A stretch of 40,000 nucleotides of DNA. Origin: Candidatus Pelagibacterales bacterium. Its GTDB lineage: Bacteria; Pseudomonadota; Alphaproteobacteria; Pelagibacterales; Pelagibacteraceae. Below are positions 1 through 12,592 of this stretch, one piece after another; position 1 is the stretch's first letter, and each line of letters begins with the position of its first letter. Where the stretch lies: contig CBDEAT010000003.1 of assembly GCA_965236175.1 (NCBI GenBank), forward strand, positions 7,759 through 47,758, given 5' to 3'. The notes beneath the pieces are model-generated. The model searched no databases, was not told the DNA's origin, and worked only from the letters and a program-made list of their open reading frames with translations. The position numbers and the translations under genes were made by a program.

Positions 1-1023
1 AAAACTGCTGAGGGAAAATTTAAAGAAGCCTCTGAGGCCTATCAGGTTTTATCTGATCCAAAGAAAAAATCTTCCTACGATCAATTTGGACATTCTGCAT
101 TTGAAGGTGGAGCTGGTGGAGCTGGAGGTTTTGATTTTGGTGGTTTTGAATCTGGAGCATTCTCTGACATCTTCGATGATTTTTTTGGCGACTTTATGGG
201 CTCAGGTCGTGGTGGAAGGGGCTCTAAAAAATCAAGATCTAATCGCGGATCCGATTTAAAAATTAATTTAGAAATAACTTTAGAAGAAGCTTATCTTGGA
301 AAAAAACAAACTATCAATTTATCTTCAAATGAAAAATGTGAAAAATGTTCTGGAAGTGGTGCAGAACCTGGTTCAAAACCAAAAAAATGCTCTACTTGTG
401 ATGGACATGGAAAAGTAAGAACGCAGCAAGGTTTTTTTACTCTACAACAAACATGTCCTGATTGCGGAGGAGATGGTGAAATGCTTTCTAATCCTTGTAA
501 AGATTGCAAAGGATCTGGTGCTACTAAAACAAAAAAAAATCTCTCTATTCAAATTCCAAAAGGAGTTGATGATGGAACTCAAATAAGATTATCTGGAAAA
601 GGAGATGCTGGTTATAGAGGAGGATCTAATGGAGATCTTTATGTATTTATAACAGTTGAAAAACATAAAATTTTTCAAAGATCTGAAGAAAATTTATACT
701 ATAAATTACCTATATCTATGACTGATGCTGCGCTTGGTGCTGAAATAGAAGTTCCAACTATTGATGGTGGAAAATCAAAAGTTAAAATTCCTGCAGGAAC
801 ACAGTCTGGAAAACAGTTTAGACTTAAAGGCAAAGGCATGCCTATTATAAGAGGCGATCATTACGGAGATTTATATCTAGAAACAAATGTAATAATTCCT
901 GAATCTTTATCAAAAGAGCAAAAAGACTTGCTCGAAAAATTTAAATCTTTAGAAGATTTAGATAATAATTCAGAAATAAAAAATTTTATAAATAAAGCTA
1001 AAAAATTTTGGAGCGGTAATTAA
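1..1023 (+). CDS. dnaJ: Molecular chaperone DnaJ (5' end cut by window edge)
   Basis: Frame 1 is open from base 1 (..AYQVLSDPKKKSSYDQFG, then a G/F-rich linker). It has four CxxCxGxG zinc-finger repeats (CEKCSGSG, CSTCDGHG, CPDCGGDG, CKDCKGSG) and a C-terminal substrate-binding region. TAA at 1021-1023. Confidence 0.95.
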   Translation, partial: KTAEGKFKEASEAYQVLSDPKKKSSYDQFGHSAFEGGAGGAGGFDFGGFESGAFSDIFDDFFGDFMGSGRGGRGSKKSRSNRGSDLKINLEITLEEAYLGKKQTINLSSNEKCEKCSGSGAEPGSKPKKCSTCDGHGKVRTQQGFFTLQQTCPDCGGDGEMLSNPCKDCKGSGATKTKKNLSIQIPKGVDDGTQIRLSGKGDAGYRGGSNGDLYVFITVEKHKIFQRSEENLYYKLPISMTDAALGAEIEVPTIDGGKSKVKIPAGTQSGKQFRLKGKGMPIIRGDHYGDLYLETNVIIPESLSKEQKDLLEKFKSLEDLDNNSEIKNFINKAKKFWSGN

Positions 1024-1798
1024 TGAAAAAGATTAACATCACAATCACGGGAGCTCTTGGAAAAATGGGAAAAATTCTCATTAAAAGAATATCTAAAAAT
1101 AAAAATCTAAAATTATTTAGTTTAACCGATCTAAAGTCTGGAAAAACTATAAATGGAATTAAAACACAAAAAAATAATTTAGAAGCATTTAAAAAAACAG
1201 ATGTTATTATTGATTTTTCAAGACCTAAAGCTTCCCTTGAAGTTTTAAATTATGCAAAAAAATTAAAAAAAAAAGTTGTAATTGGAACAACGGGTTTTAC
1301 TAAAAAACAAAATAATTTAATTAAAAATTATTCAAAAAAAATTGCTATATTTAAATCTGGCAACATGAGTCTTGGGTATTAATCTTCTAGAATATATTGT
1401 TAATATTCTCTCAAAAAAAATTCCTAATGATTATCAAATCGGAATTAGCGACGATCATCATAAAATGAAAGTTGATTATCCCATCAGGAACAGCATTGAT
1501 GTTGGCAAATGCAGTATCCAAAGGAAAAAATAAAAATCTAGAATCAATAAAAGGAAAAACGTTTTTAAATAAAAAAGGTAGTTTACAAAAAAATAAAATT
1601 AATTTTTTTATTACAAGAAAAGGAAATACTATTGGCAAACATTCCGTTCTTTTTAATAATAAAATAGAAAATATAGAATTAAAACATACTGCTTTTTCTA
1701 GAGATCTATTTGCCGATGGAGCATTAAATGCTGCTGTATGGATAAGTAAAAAAAATAAGGGCTTATTTAATATGCAAGATATGTTTGGCTTGAAATAA
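1023..1798 (+). pseudogene. dapB: 4-hydroxy-tetrahydrodipicolinate reductase, frame-broken twice
   Basis: N-terminal Rossmann motif ITGALGKMGK, then HHKMKVD.PSGTA and a DapB-like C-terminus. Reading passes frame 0 -> 1 at 1371-1377 (CTT G GGT) and 1 -> 2 near 1477-1480. Length is 776 nt, which is 2 mod 3. The ATG overlaps the dnaJ stop (TAATG). Confidence 0.85.
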
Positions 1799-1827
1799 AC
1801 TTTATAAAAGTATTTGAATCTTTTTTA

Positions 1828-2467
1828 ATGCTCCTGAATAAAAATAAAGCTTTAAAGCTTATTGAGCTTTTAAATAAATCAATAAAAAATCCAAAAACAT
1901 CTTTAAAATATAGAAATCAATTTACTTTATTAACTTCTGTTGTTCTTTCAGCTCAATGCACTGATCGTTAACGTAAATAATGTTACTAAAAACATATATA
2001 AAAAATATTACACCCCCAAACATTTTGTAAAACTTGGAATAAATAAAATAAGAAATCTTATTAAAAGTATAGGACTATTTAATAACAAAGCTAAAAATTT
2101 ATATTATTTATCTAAAATTTTATTAGAAAAACATCAAAGCAAAGTTCCAAATAAATTTGAAGAGCTAATACTTCTTCCTGGAGTTGGCAGAAAAACAGCA
2201 AATGTTGTTTTAAATGCCGCATTTAATAAACCAACTATTGCTGTAGATACTCATGTTTTTAGAGTTGGTAATAGAACGGGTCTTTCTAATGGTAAAAATC
2301 CAGAACAAGTTGAAAATCAACTTTTAAAAATATTACCTAAAAAACACATAAAAAAAGCCCATCATTTAATACTTTTGCATGGAAGATATATATGCAAAGC
2401 TAGAAATCCATTATGCAAAAAGTGTGTAATTAATAAAATTTGCCTATACAAAGGAAAAAATGAATAA
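1828..2467 (+). pseudogene. nth: Endonuclease III, one frame break
   Basis: Contains LSAQCTD|VNVNNVT, the HhH motif LPGVGRKTANVVL and a C-terminal 4Fe-4S Cys cluster (CKARNPLCKKCVINKIC). An extra base lies at about 1965-1966 (GAT C GTT). Length is 640 nt, which is 1 mod 3. Confidence 0.85.
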
Positions 2468-3414
2468 AAAAATATTAGGAATAGGCAATGCAATTGTTGA
2501 TGTACTTGCAAAAGTAGATGATGAATTTTTAATAAAAAGAAACCTTGTTAAGGGTTCCATGAAACTTATTAATAAATCTGAATTTGAAGATCTTAAAAAA
2601 AATATTAAAATTGAAAAAATTGTAGCAGGCGGTTCCGTTGCTAACACTATGTCTGGAATTGCTTATCTAAAAGGAAGACCGTCTTTTATTGGAAAAATTA
2701 ACTCTGATAGTTTTGGAAAAATATATAAAAAAAGTCTTGAAGATATAAATGTTAAGTTTTCTTATCTTCAAAAAAATGAAAATTTGTCGACAGGCGCTTC
2801 TATCATTTTGATTACTCCTGACTCTGAAAGAACTATGTGTACTTATCTTGGAATATCCTCACATCTTTCAGAAAACGATATTAATGAAAATAATATCACT
2901 AGATCATGAATTAATTTTTTTAGAAGGGTATCTTTGGGATAAAGGAATAAGTGAAAAAATGTTTAAACATGCAATAAATATAGCAAAAAAAAATAAAGTT
3001 AAAATTGCAATGAGTTTGTCTGATATTTTTTGCGTAACCAGACATAAACAAGACTTTTATAACCTACTTAAAAATGATCTTAGATATATTAATAGGGAAT
3101 GAAAATGAAATAAACGAATTAACAAATAAAAAAAATTTATTAGATTCAATAAACCAATTAAAACAATTCAATAAATTAATCAGTTATTACCAGAAGCGAA
3201 AATGGAAGTTTGGCAATCAAACAATAATGAAGTGACAGAATGTCAAAGTATAAAAATTAATAAACTATTGGATCTCACTGGGCGCTGGAGATTTGTTTGC
3301 TGCAGGATTTTTAAAAGAATATATGGATAAATCTGATATTAAAAAATGCCTTATCCACCGGATCAGATCTTAGCTTCAAAAATAATTCAAAGAATTGGTG
3401 CAAGATTAGAATAA
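2460..3414 (+). pseudogene. PfkB-family carbohydrate/adenosine kinase, about 7 frame breaks
   Basis: N-terminus ILGIGNAIVDVL..GGSVANT. The C-terminal PfkB signature DLTGAGDLFAAGFL is recovered only after frame hopping. Breaks lie near 2897, 3082, 3183, 3228, 3288, 3360 and 3372. Length is 955 nt, which is 1 mod 3. Confidence 0.75.
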
Positions 3415-3421
3415 CTTTTTT

Positions 3422-4069
3422 TTATTTTGACAAATAATATAAAGAGTTTTTTTCAATAATAAATTTTTTATCGTTGAAAAATCTTTCTATTTTTTTTCTT
3501 AATCGGTGTAAATGCGTTTCAAAAGCATGAGTTTCTAATTCTGAATTATGATTCCAAATACTTTTTAATAAAGAGGATTTTTTTAAACCATTATTGTTTA
3601 TCTAAGATTAACAATTAAGTTCTAATTCTTTTTCTGTAAGTTTAACTTTAGTTCCTTCTCTTCGTAATAATTCTTTGATTAGAATCAATTTCATAATTAT
3701 TAATAGTTATTTTAGATTTTTTAAAAAAACTATATTTAGTAATTAAGATGTTTAGTATTTCTCTAAAAGACAAATACTATCGACTGGTAGAGATAAAGTT
3801 TTGGTGAAAGTTTAATAAAGATAATTTATTCTTTAATAAATAATCTCTTGTCTTTTAAAAAAAAAATAGTTGGTATATTTTCAATAAAATATTTTTTTAC
3901 TTCTGTTAATTTTAATTCTTCGGGAAATACAATTCTAACAATAAATTCTGGATTATTTTTTTTATTAAGATTTACTTGTACAGTTGAAAGATTGTAACCA
4001 AGATTTAAGTCGTTTATTATATTTAAGAAAACTTTTGATCCATATAATATAAAGATGAATATTATTCAT
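3422..4069 (-). pseudogene. OmpR/PhoB-type winged-helix transcriptional regulator with atypical N-terminal domain, multiply frame-broken
   Basis: Reverse-strand translation gives KVKLTEKELELI..LLKSIWNHNSELETHAFETHLHRLRKKIERFF, which is the typical OmpR-family trans_reg_C pattern. The N-terminal part (MNNIHLYII..) must be pieced together from three frames. Confidence 0.55.
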
Positions 4070-4092
4070 AAATAATATATATATATTTCAAT

Positions 4093-4600
4093 ATGATTAT
4101 TGTAAAAAAATCAGGCTATTTAAAGTATAAAAACTTTAAATTTCGTTGTGCCTTAGGAAAAAATGGCATTGGTAATAAAAAATAAAGGAAGGAGATAGAC
4201 ATAACTCCTAGAGGAACATTTAAAATAACCAAGATTATATTACAGAGCCTGACAAGATTAAAAATATTAATAACCTTCTTTAAAAAAGATCAAAATTAAA
4301 AAAAATATGGGATGGTGTGACGATCCAAAAAGCAAATTTTATAACAAACAAATAAAGTTACCATAGTAAATTTGGCTCACGAGAGACTTTATAGAAGTGA
4401 TAATATTTACGATATAATAGCGGTCTTAAATTATAACATAAATCCAATTATTAAAAATAAAGGTAGTGCAATATTTATTACATATTGCAAAAAATAATTA
4501 TAAACTAACAGCGGGGTGTGTAGCGATTAAAAAAAGTAATTTAATAAAACTATTAAAAATAATAAAGAAAAATACTAAAGTAAAAATTTCTACAACTTAA
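4093..4600 (+). pseudogene. L,D-transpeptidase (YkuD-like) family protein, about 10 frame breaks
   Basis: Pieced translation is ..KEGD..TPRGTFKITKI..NMGWCDDPKSKFYNKQIKLP..IYDIIAVLNYNINPIIKNKGSAIFIH-IAKNNYKLTAGCVAIKK. The H...GC catalytic pattern is present. Length is 508 nt, which is 1 mod 3. Confidence 0.6.
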
Positions 4601-5245
4601 TTTTCATTAAATATTGCAGAACCAATCCTTAACATATGTTAGAACCACGTTTTGAATTGCTTCTCATATAATCATTACTCATTCCCATGCTTAAATTGAA
4701 TAATTGATTATTATTTGCAATTTTTTTTAAATCTTAAAAAATAATTTCTTAGGATCTTCTGCTACAGGAGGCAGGCACATAAGACCAATTACATTTATTT
4801 TTAATTCACTTTTACAAAAATTAATAAATTTACAAGAATCTTCTATTGAAATTCCTGACTTTTTGGCTTTTCCTGCCCAATATTTATTTGAATAAAATAA
4901 TTTAGTTTTTTATTAAAATTTTTTTCTTCTTGAGATATTTTTAAAGCTAATTTTTCACTATCTAAAGAATGAATAAAAGAAAAATGATTGATAGCCTCAA
5001 CAACTTTATTCGTTTGTAACTTTCCAATCAAATGTAATTTTAAATTCTGTATTAACTTTTAATAAATCTGACCATTTAGTAATACTTTCTTGAACTCGAT
5101 TTTCTCCAAAATGAATATGTCCAATATCAATAATAGGTTTTATATGAGAAATTAAAAAAGTTTTAGAAACAACTATTAAAATAGTATTCTTAGATATGTT
5201 ATTTATATTGTTTAAAATTTGATTATAATTTTCTAAAATATTCAT
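4597..5245 (-). pseudogene. yggS: YggS-family pyridoxal-phosphate homeostasis protein, multiply frame-broken
   Basis: N-terminus LIVVSKT...HFGENRVQE, middle IGKLQTNKV, and C-terminus MGMSNDY..GSTYVRIGSAIFNEN recovered by frame hopping. The stop overlaps the convergent L,D-transpeptidase stop. Confidence 0.75.
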
Positions 5246-5874
5246 ATGAACTTTAATACATCTTATTTTGAAAATTTCTATTTTTTTACAAACAATTTAA
5301 CTGAAGAAAATGAGAAGAATATTAAGTAAATTTAAAAATATTGCCATTATTTACAATCAATAACTGCAACATTCTAATGCAACACACTAAAGAATTGATG
5401 AGAAATTATAAAATTTTGTAAAAAAAATAAAATTAAAGTTTATATTAAAGACGACATAAAAAAAGCATATAGAATATAAATGCTAAATGGTATTTTTTTG
5501 TCAAGCAATAACAAAAGGAAATGTATCATTAATAACAATTTTAACCAATAAAATTAATTTTAAAATTATTGGATCAGCACACTCTCAATAATGATTATTT
5601 TTTTAAAAAAAAGCACAAGGCTGTAAAGATATATTTTTATCTCCATTATTTAAAAATCATAAAATACAGTCAAAATAAAATATTAAATATTTGTAAGTTC
5701 AATTTAATTTCAAATAAATGGACGTGTAATTTATTTGCTCTTGGTGGAATAAACTCAACTAATTTAAAAAAAGTTTTTATGACTAAAAGTAGAGGTATTG
5801 GTTTTGTATCTTTTATAAATGATCTTGAAAATAAAAAAGCCCGTCTACTTTTTAAAGTAGACGGGCTTTATTAA
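5246..5874 (+). pseudogene. Thiamine-phosphate synthase (ThiE/TenI, TMP-TENI) family protein, multiply frame-broken
   Basis: Pieced translation is ..KIIGSAHS..DIFLSPLFK..LFALGGINSTNLKKVFMTKSRGIGFVSFI. The ATG at 5246 directly abuts the yggS start codon on the other strand (CAT|ATG). Confidence 0.5.
5836..5872. terminator. Bidirectional rho-independent terminator between the thiE-like gene (+) and the porin gene (-)
   Basis: Perfect 10-bp GC-rich stem GCCCGTCTAC (5839-5848) / GTAGACGGGC (5857-5866). It is flanked by an A-run upstream and a T-run downstream, so it can work on both strands. Confidence 0.7.
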
Positions 5875-5895
5875 TAAATTTCTATAATTATAAAA

Positions 5896-7011
5896 TTAGA
5901 AGTTTGTTCTAAGTTTTAAAGTTATAGAATCAACGTCAGTGCCAGCAACTACCGCCAACATCTGTGTGTTTTACCTAACGTTAACTATTAGCAGCAACAG
6001 GTCCTAAGTTGTAACCAACTTGCAACAGATTTAAGTTTCATCTTCTGCAGCTAAGTTCTGTAGCAACTGTTGCTTGATAGTTAAGTGACCTATAGATCCG
6101 TAAGATCGTTTCCTAGCAGTATACGCTAAACCGTAATCATTTTGCTTTCTTGTTTCACCAGTATTGTAACAGCTGTAGCTGTTGGTTCCACCGTACTCAA
6201 ACTCTTTTCTATTGTAACCAATGAGTAATGGGACCATGCAGTGTATGTAATACCAGCAGTAATAAACTGTGCATCTCTGTTGTGATGAAGATTCAGAACC
6301 AATTTTTTTCTTCTGAGTCACCGAACCTACTTCTAAAGCTAGTCCAGAAATTCCAACATTAGAAAGTTCTAAAAGAGCTGAATAACCAGACCCTTCATCA
6401 CCTTCTACTGCTGCCGTGTCAGCTCCACCGCAACCAGCAGTTTGAGTTTTGCTACATGACATTGTTGGTGCGTAAGCTAAAGTTAGTTGTCCAACACCTG
6501 GGAAAGCTTGTCTAATTGCAACACCTGCAGCTGCAGACGTGTTAATTGGATCAGCTAACATATTAGTTGTAGCAGTGGATCCACCTTGTGATCCTGTGCC
6601 TTTTCCAATTTCTCCAACCACTGGAATCATAGAACGATCGAAATCATTCATATGGTCAATACCAACGCTGAAAGTAGTGTTTCCAGAAATTAAATCAATG
6701 TAAACGTTTTCATTAGCCATTGATTTAAATGGAGTTGCATTTCCAGCAACATCACTTGCGTCAAGCTCTAGAGAAAAACCAGCAGCATAATCCATGCCAT
6801 TGTTTAATTTACCTTTGCTTTGCAACGTTTAATTGAGTTTCAATTAACATACCTCTGTTTAGAAGCTGTTGATAACAGCGCCTGCAGCGCCAGTTTCAGT
6901 TGTTAGGCCTCTAAAACCAACAGTCATGTTTCCACCAACTGTTGTTTGTGCAATAGCTGAAGTTGAAAGAACAACTCCTACTAATGCTGTAGATAATAAA
7001 AGTTTTTTCAT
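5896..7011 (-). pseudogene. Outer-membrane porin (beta-barrel), many frame breaks
   Basis: Signal peptide MKKLLLSTALVGVVLSTSAIA|QTT, Gly/Ala/Thr-rich alternating beta-strand composition, and the OMP C-terminal signature ..DSITLKLRTNF*. An AGGA ribosome-binding site lies 9 nt upstream of the ATG. At least 10 frame changes are needed. The region is visibly more GC-rich than its neighbours. Confidence 0.7.
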
Positions 7012-7040
7012 TTTATTATATTCCTTTTGTTTAAGTTAAA

Positions 7041-7066
7041 ATTCTGTCTAACTATTTAGATAGAAT
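7041..7066. promoter_or_regulatory. Imperfect palindrome in the porin 5' leader/promoter region
   Basis: ATTCTGTCTAA-CTAT-TTAGATAGAAT: 11-nt arms with 1 mismatch, lying 30-55 nt upstream of the porin ATG. It could be an operator or a 5'-UTR hairpin. Statistical support in AT-rich DNA is weak. Confidence 0.2.
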
Positions 7067-7221
7067 TGGTTGATTGTTTAGCATTTTTAGATCAATTATT
7101 TTATATTTCTATCAATTATCTAATTTATTTATTATTATATGTTGCTTATTTACCACACTTTTTAATAAAGCAAATTTTCCTTGGTTTATTCAGTTTTTCA
7201 TCTATTAATAAACATTAATTT

Positions 7222-7737
7222 ATGGGCTCTAAAATTTTCTTAATCATTTTTATTGTATTATTATCATGCAAAAGCAATGAAAGTCGGCCTGAATTTGAAA
7301 CAAAACCAGTAGAACCGGACCCATTCAAAAGAGCAAAAGATGCCGCTGAAAAAGGCGGAGGCATATTCATGCAAGGAAGAGATAATCAAAATACAACCTT
7401 TAGTTTTGCTTCGTCTAATGTTCTGTGGCGCGCAACGTTAAAAAGTTTAGATTTTTTACCTTTATTAAATGCTGACTATTCTGGAGGTATAATTATTACG
7501 GATTGGTATACGGAAGACATTAATTCTAAAAATTCTATTAAATTAACCATAAGATTTCTAGGAAATGATCTTAGGTCGGACTCTCTAGAAATAATTGCAC
7601 ATAGAAAAACTTGTGAAGCTTCTGAGAATTGCAAGATAACATTATTAAATAAAAATTTTTCTCAAGAAATTAAAGATTCAATTGTTAACAATGCTAGAAT
7701 GTTAAAGATTGAAGATGAAAAAAAAAAAATAAAATAA
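7222..7737 (+). CDS. DUF3576-family lipoprotein
   Basis: Lipobox LLSC after a hydrophobic signal. The conserved core is [37 protein letters not shown]. The position immediately upstream of leuS is typical for this family in alphaproteobacteria. Confidence 0.75.
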   Translation: MGSKIFLIIFIVLLSCKSNESRPEFETKPVEPDPFKRAKDAAEKGGGIFMQGRDNQNTTFSFASSNVLWRATLKSLDFLPLLNADYSGGIIITDWYTEDINSKNSIKLTIRFLGNDLRSDSLEIIAHRKTCEASENCKITLLNKNFSQEIKDSIVNNARMLKIEDEKKKIK

Positions 7738-7744
7738 AATAGCC

Positions 7745-10273
<2,529 letters not shown>

Positions 10274-10284
<11 letters not shown>

Positions 10285-10739
10285 ATTTTTTTTAGCTTCT
10301 TATAATATCAGTCATTTTAACTCATTGTGGTTTTTCACCTATTTATACTGGGAACACTAAACAAGTAGTTATTTCTAAATCTGAAATAGTTGGTGATAAA
10401 GATCTAGCTTTTAATCTAGAACAAAAATTAAATTTTAAAAAAGATGAAAAGAATTTAACTGCTTATATATTTAAAGCTCAAATTTATGATACAGCCGAAA
10501 GCTCTCTTGTGGATTCAAGAGGAATTGCAACTGAAGAAATTATTAAGTTAACAGTGAGCTATCAATTTCAAGATAAAAATGGCGTTGTAATATACCAAGA
10601 TGCCATAACTAAAGATAAAAGGGTTTCTGTCACAGACAATCTATCAAATAATATTCTAGTAAAAAATAATGAAAAAAGAGTATTATTAGATTCTATAATT
10701 CAAAATATCTTATTTAAATCTAGAGTCTCATTAAATTAG
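10274..10739 (+). pseudogene. lptE: LPS-assembly lipoprotein LptE, one frame break
   Basis: MINKFFLA..VILTHCGFSPIYTG has a lipobox only after a +1 correction near 10300. It sits in the conserved leuS-lptE-holA position and overlaps the leuS stop. Length is 466 nt, which is 1 mod 3. Confidence 0.65.
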
Positions 10740-10744
10740 TTTAA

Positions 10745-11767
10745 ATGCTCTTAAAATCACAAGAGATAAGCCTAAAAAAAAAGGATTTTTTTAAAGAAAA
10801 AGTAATTCTTTTGTACGGAGAAAATCAAGATCTAATTAATGACTTAAATCAACAAATTATATCTAAATTTATAGAAGAAAAAAAAATCTCAAAATCTTTT
10901 TTTGAAGAAGATTTAGTTAAGAATCCAGAAAATATTATTAATTATTATCTTAATGGATCATTATTTGATGATAATAAAAATATCTCGATCATTAAAAACT
11001 GTTCTGACAAAATATTAGAAATTATTAATAAAATAAAAAATAATATTAATGATAACATTATTATTCTCAACTCAGAAATACTTCTAAAAAATTCTAAACT
11101 AAGACAATTTGGAGAATATGATAAATTAGCTATTTGTATTCCTTGTTACCAAGAGACTAAATTTGATATAAAAAAATTTCTTACACAGCAACTCCAGATA
11201 AATAATATTCAATTATCGGATTCACAAAGTGAAACTATTATTAACTCATCATCTTTGAAAAGATCGAAGATTAAAGAAGCAATAGAAAAGTTAAATCTAT
11301 ATAAAAGTTCAGGAAAAATAACAGATCAGATCATTGACGAAATTTGTACTGACGCAGATCTAAAAAAAAATGATGAAATTATTGATATTTTATTATCTAA
11401 AAATGAAAAAAATATTAATGAGTTCATATCCAATATGTCTAATTATGAAAAAAATTTTATAGAAATAATTATTATTCTTAGGTCATTCATAATTAAGATT
11501 CTTGATATACAAAAAAATAATAAAAATCTTTCAATCGATGAAAGAATTGAAAAATACAAACCACCTATTTTCTGGAAAGATAAAGATAGAATAAAAAATA
11601 TCTTAAAAATTTGGAATACTAATAATCTTGAAAAATTTCTTAGTAATTTAAATATTATTGAAACTGAGTTTAAGAGAAATGATTTAAATCAAGATACCCA
11701 ATTTTATTATTTTTTAACTCAAAACCTATCTAAAATAGCCTTTAAGAACACTAATAATTTTATTTAA
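10745..11767 (+). CDS. holA: DNA polymerase III subunit delta
   Basis: 340-aa ORF in the conserved leuS-lptE-holA context, with the N-terminal VILLYGENQDLIND pattern typical of HolA. Confidence 0.7.
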   Translation: MLLKSQEISLKKKDFFKEKVILLYGENQDLINDLNQQIISKFIEEKKISKSFFEEDLVKNPENIINYYLNGSLFDDNKNISIIKNCSDKILEIINKIKNNINDNIIILNSEILLKNSKLRQFGEYDKLAICIPCYQETKFDIKKFLTQQLQINNIQLSDSQSETIINSSSLKRSKIKEAIEKLNLYKSSGKITDQIIDEICTDADLKKNDEIIDILLSKNEKNINEFISNMSNYEKNFIEIIIILRSFIIKILDIQKNNKNLSIDERIEKYKPPIFWKDKDRIKNILKIWNTNNLEKFLSNLNIIETEFKRNDLNQDTQFYYFLTQNLSKIAFKNTNNFI

Positions 11768-12592
11768 TTGATCAAGATTTTTATAAGAAAATTTAATTTC
11801 TCCAGAATTATTTTTCTTATTTTTAATATCTACTTTTATTCCCATCAATAGTCCAAGATCGCTTTCTAAGGATTTGATATTAGTATCTTTGCTATTCGTC
11901 TTAATTTTTTTTAAGCTGGAAAAAACTTGTTCTTTTTTGACCAAAAATTCAGCCTGCCTCACAGAAAGATTCTTGTTAACTATTATTTTCGCAAGTTTAA
12001 TATTGTCTGGAACATTGACTAAACATCTTGCGTGTCCTGAAGTTAACAATCCATCTGAAATCATTTTTTTTATCTCTTCGGGTAAACCAGCTAGTCTAAG
12101 TGTATTAGCAATATGACTTCTGCTTTTTCCTAAAATTTTTGATAATGTTTCTTGAGAATAAGCAAATTTTCTTACTAAATTATCATAACCCAAAGCCTCT
12201 TCTATTCCGTTTAAATCTGATCTTTGAATATTTTCTAATATTGCAAATTCTAAAGATTTTTTATCATCAATATTTAAAATAATAACTGGCACTTCGTGAA
12301 TTTTTGCAAGTTGAGCTGCTCTCCATCTTCTTTCTCCTGCAACAATCTCATATTTATCTTCTGATTTTTTTCTAACTAATATTGGCTGAATAATTCCCTG
12401 CTCCTTAATTGACTCTGAAAGTTCATTTAGTAATTCTTGATTAAAATTTTTTCTTGGCTGAGATGGATTAGCATAGACAAAATGTATAGGAATTTTTTCT
12501 GATGAACTTTTAGTTTGAATATTTTCTGGAGGAACGTCCCCCATTAATGCTGACAGACCTTTTCCTAAACCTTTAAATTTATTTCCAATCAT
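11726..12592 (-). CDS. parB: Chromosome partitioning protein ParB
   Basis: GLGKGLSALMG N-terminus, the ParB box GERRWRAA, and an HTH region (ETLSKILGKSRSHIANTLRL). Confidence 0.95.
   Translation of the reverse strand: MIGNKFKGLGKGLSALMGDVPPENIQTKSSSEKIPIHFVYANPSQPRKNFNQELLNELSESIKEQGIIQPILVRKKSEDKYEIVAGERRWRAAQLAKIHEVPVIILNIDDKKSLEFAILENIQRSDLNGIEEALGYDNLVRKFAYSQETLSKILGKSRSHIANTLRLAGLPEEIKKMISDGLLTSGHARCLVNVPDNIKLAKIIVNKNLSVRQAEFLVKKEQVFSSLKKIKTNSKDTNIKSLESDLGLLMGIKVDIKNKKNNSGEIKFSYKNLDQLNKIISVLKGYFR

Noticed and set aside
3415-7221. Reading the 3.4-7.2 kb gene-poor stretch in the ORF track as a non-coding or novel RNA locus
   Set aside because: Frame-hopping translation recovers five recognisable protein genes covering essentially the whole interval: regulator, L,D-transpeptidase, YggS, ThiE-like and porin. 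The apparent lack of ORFs is caused by the frame breaks.
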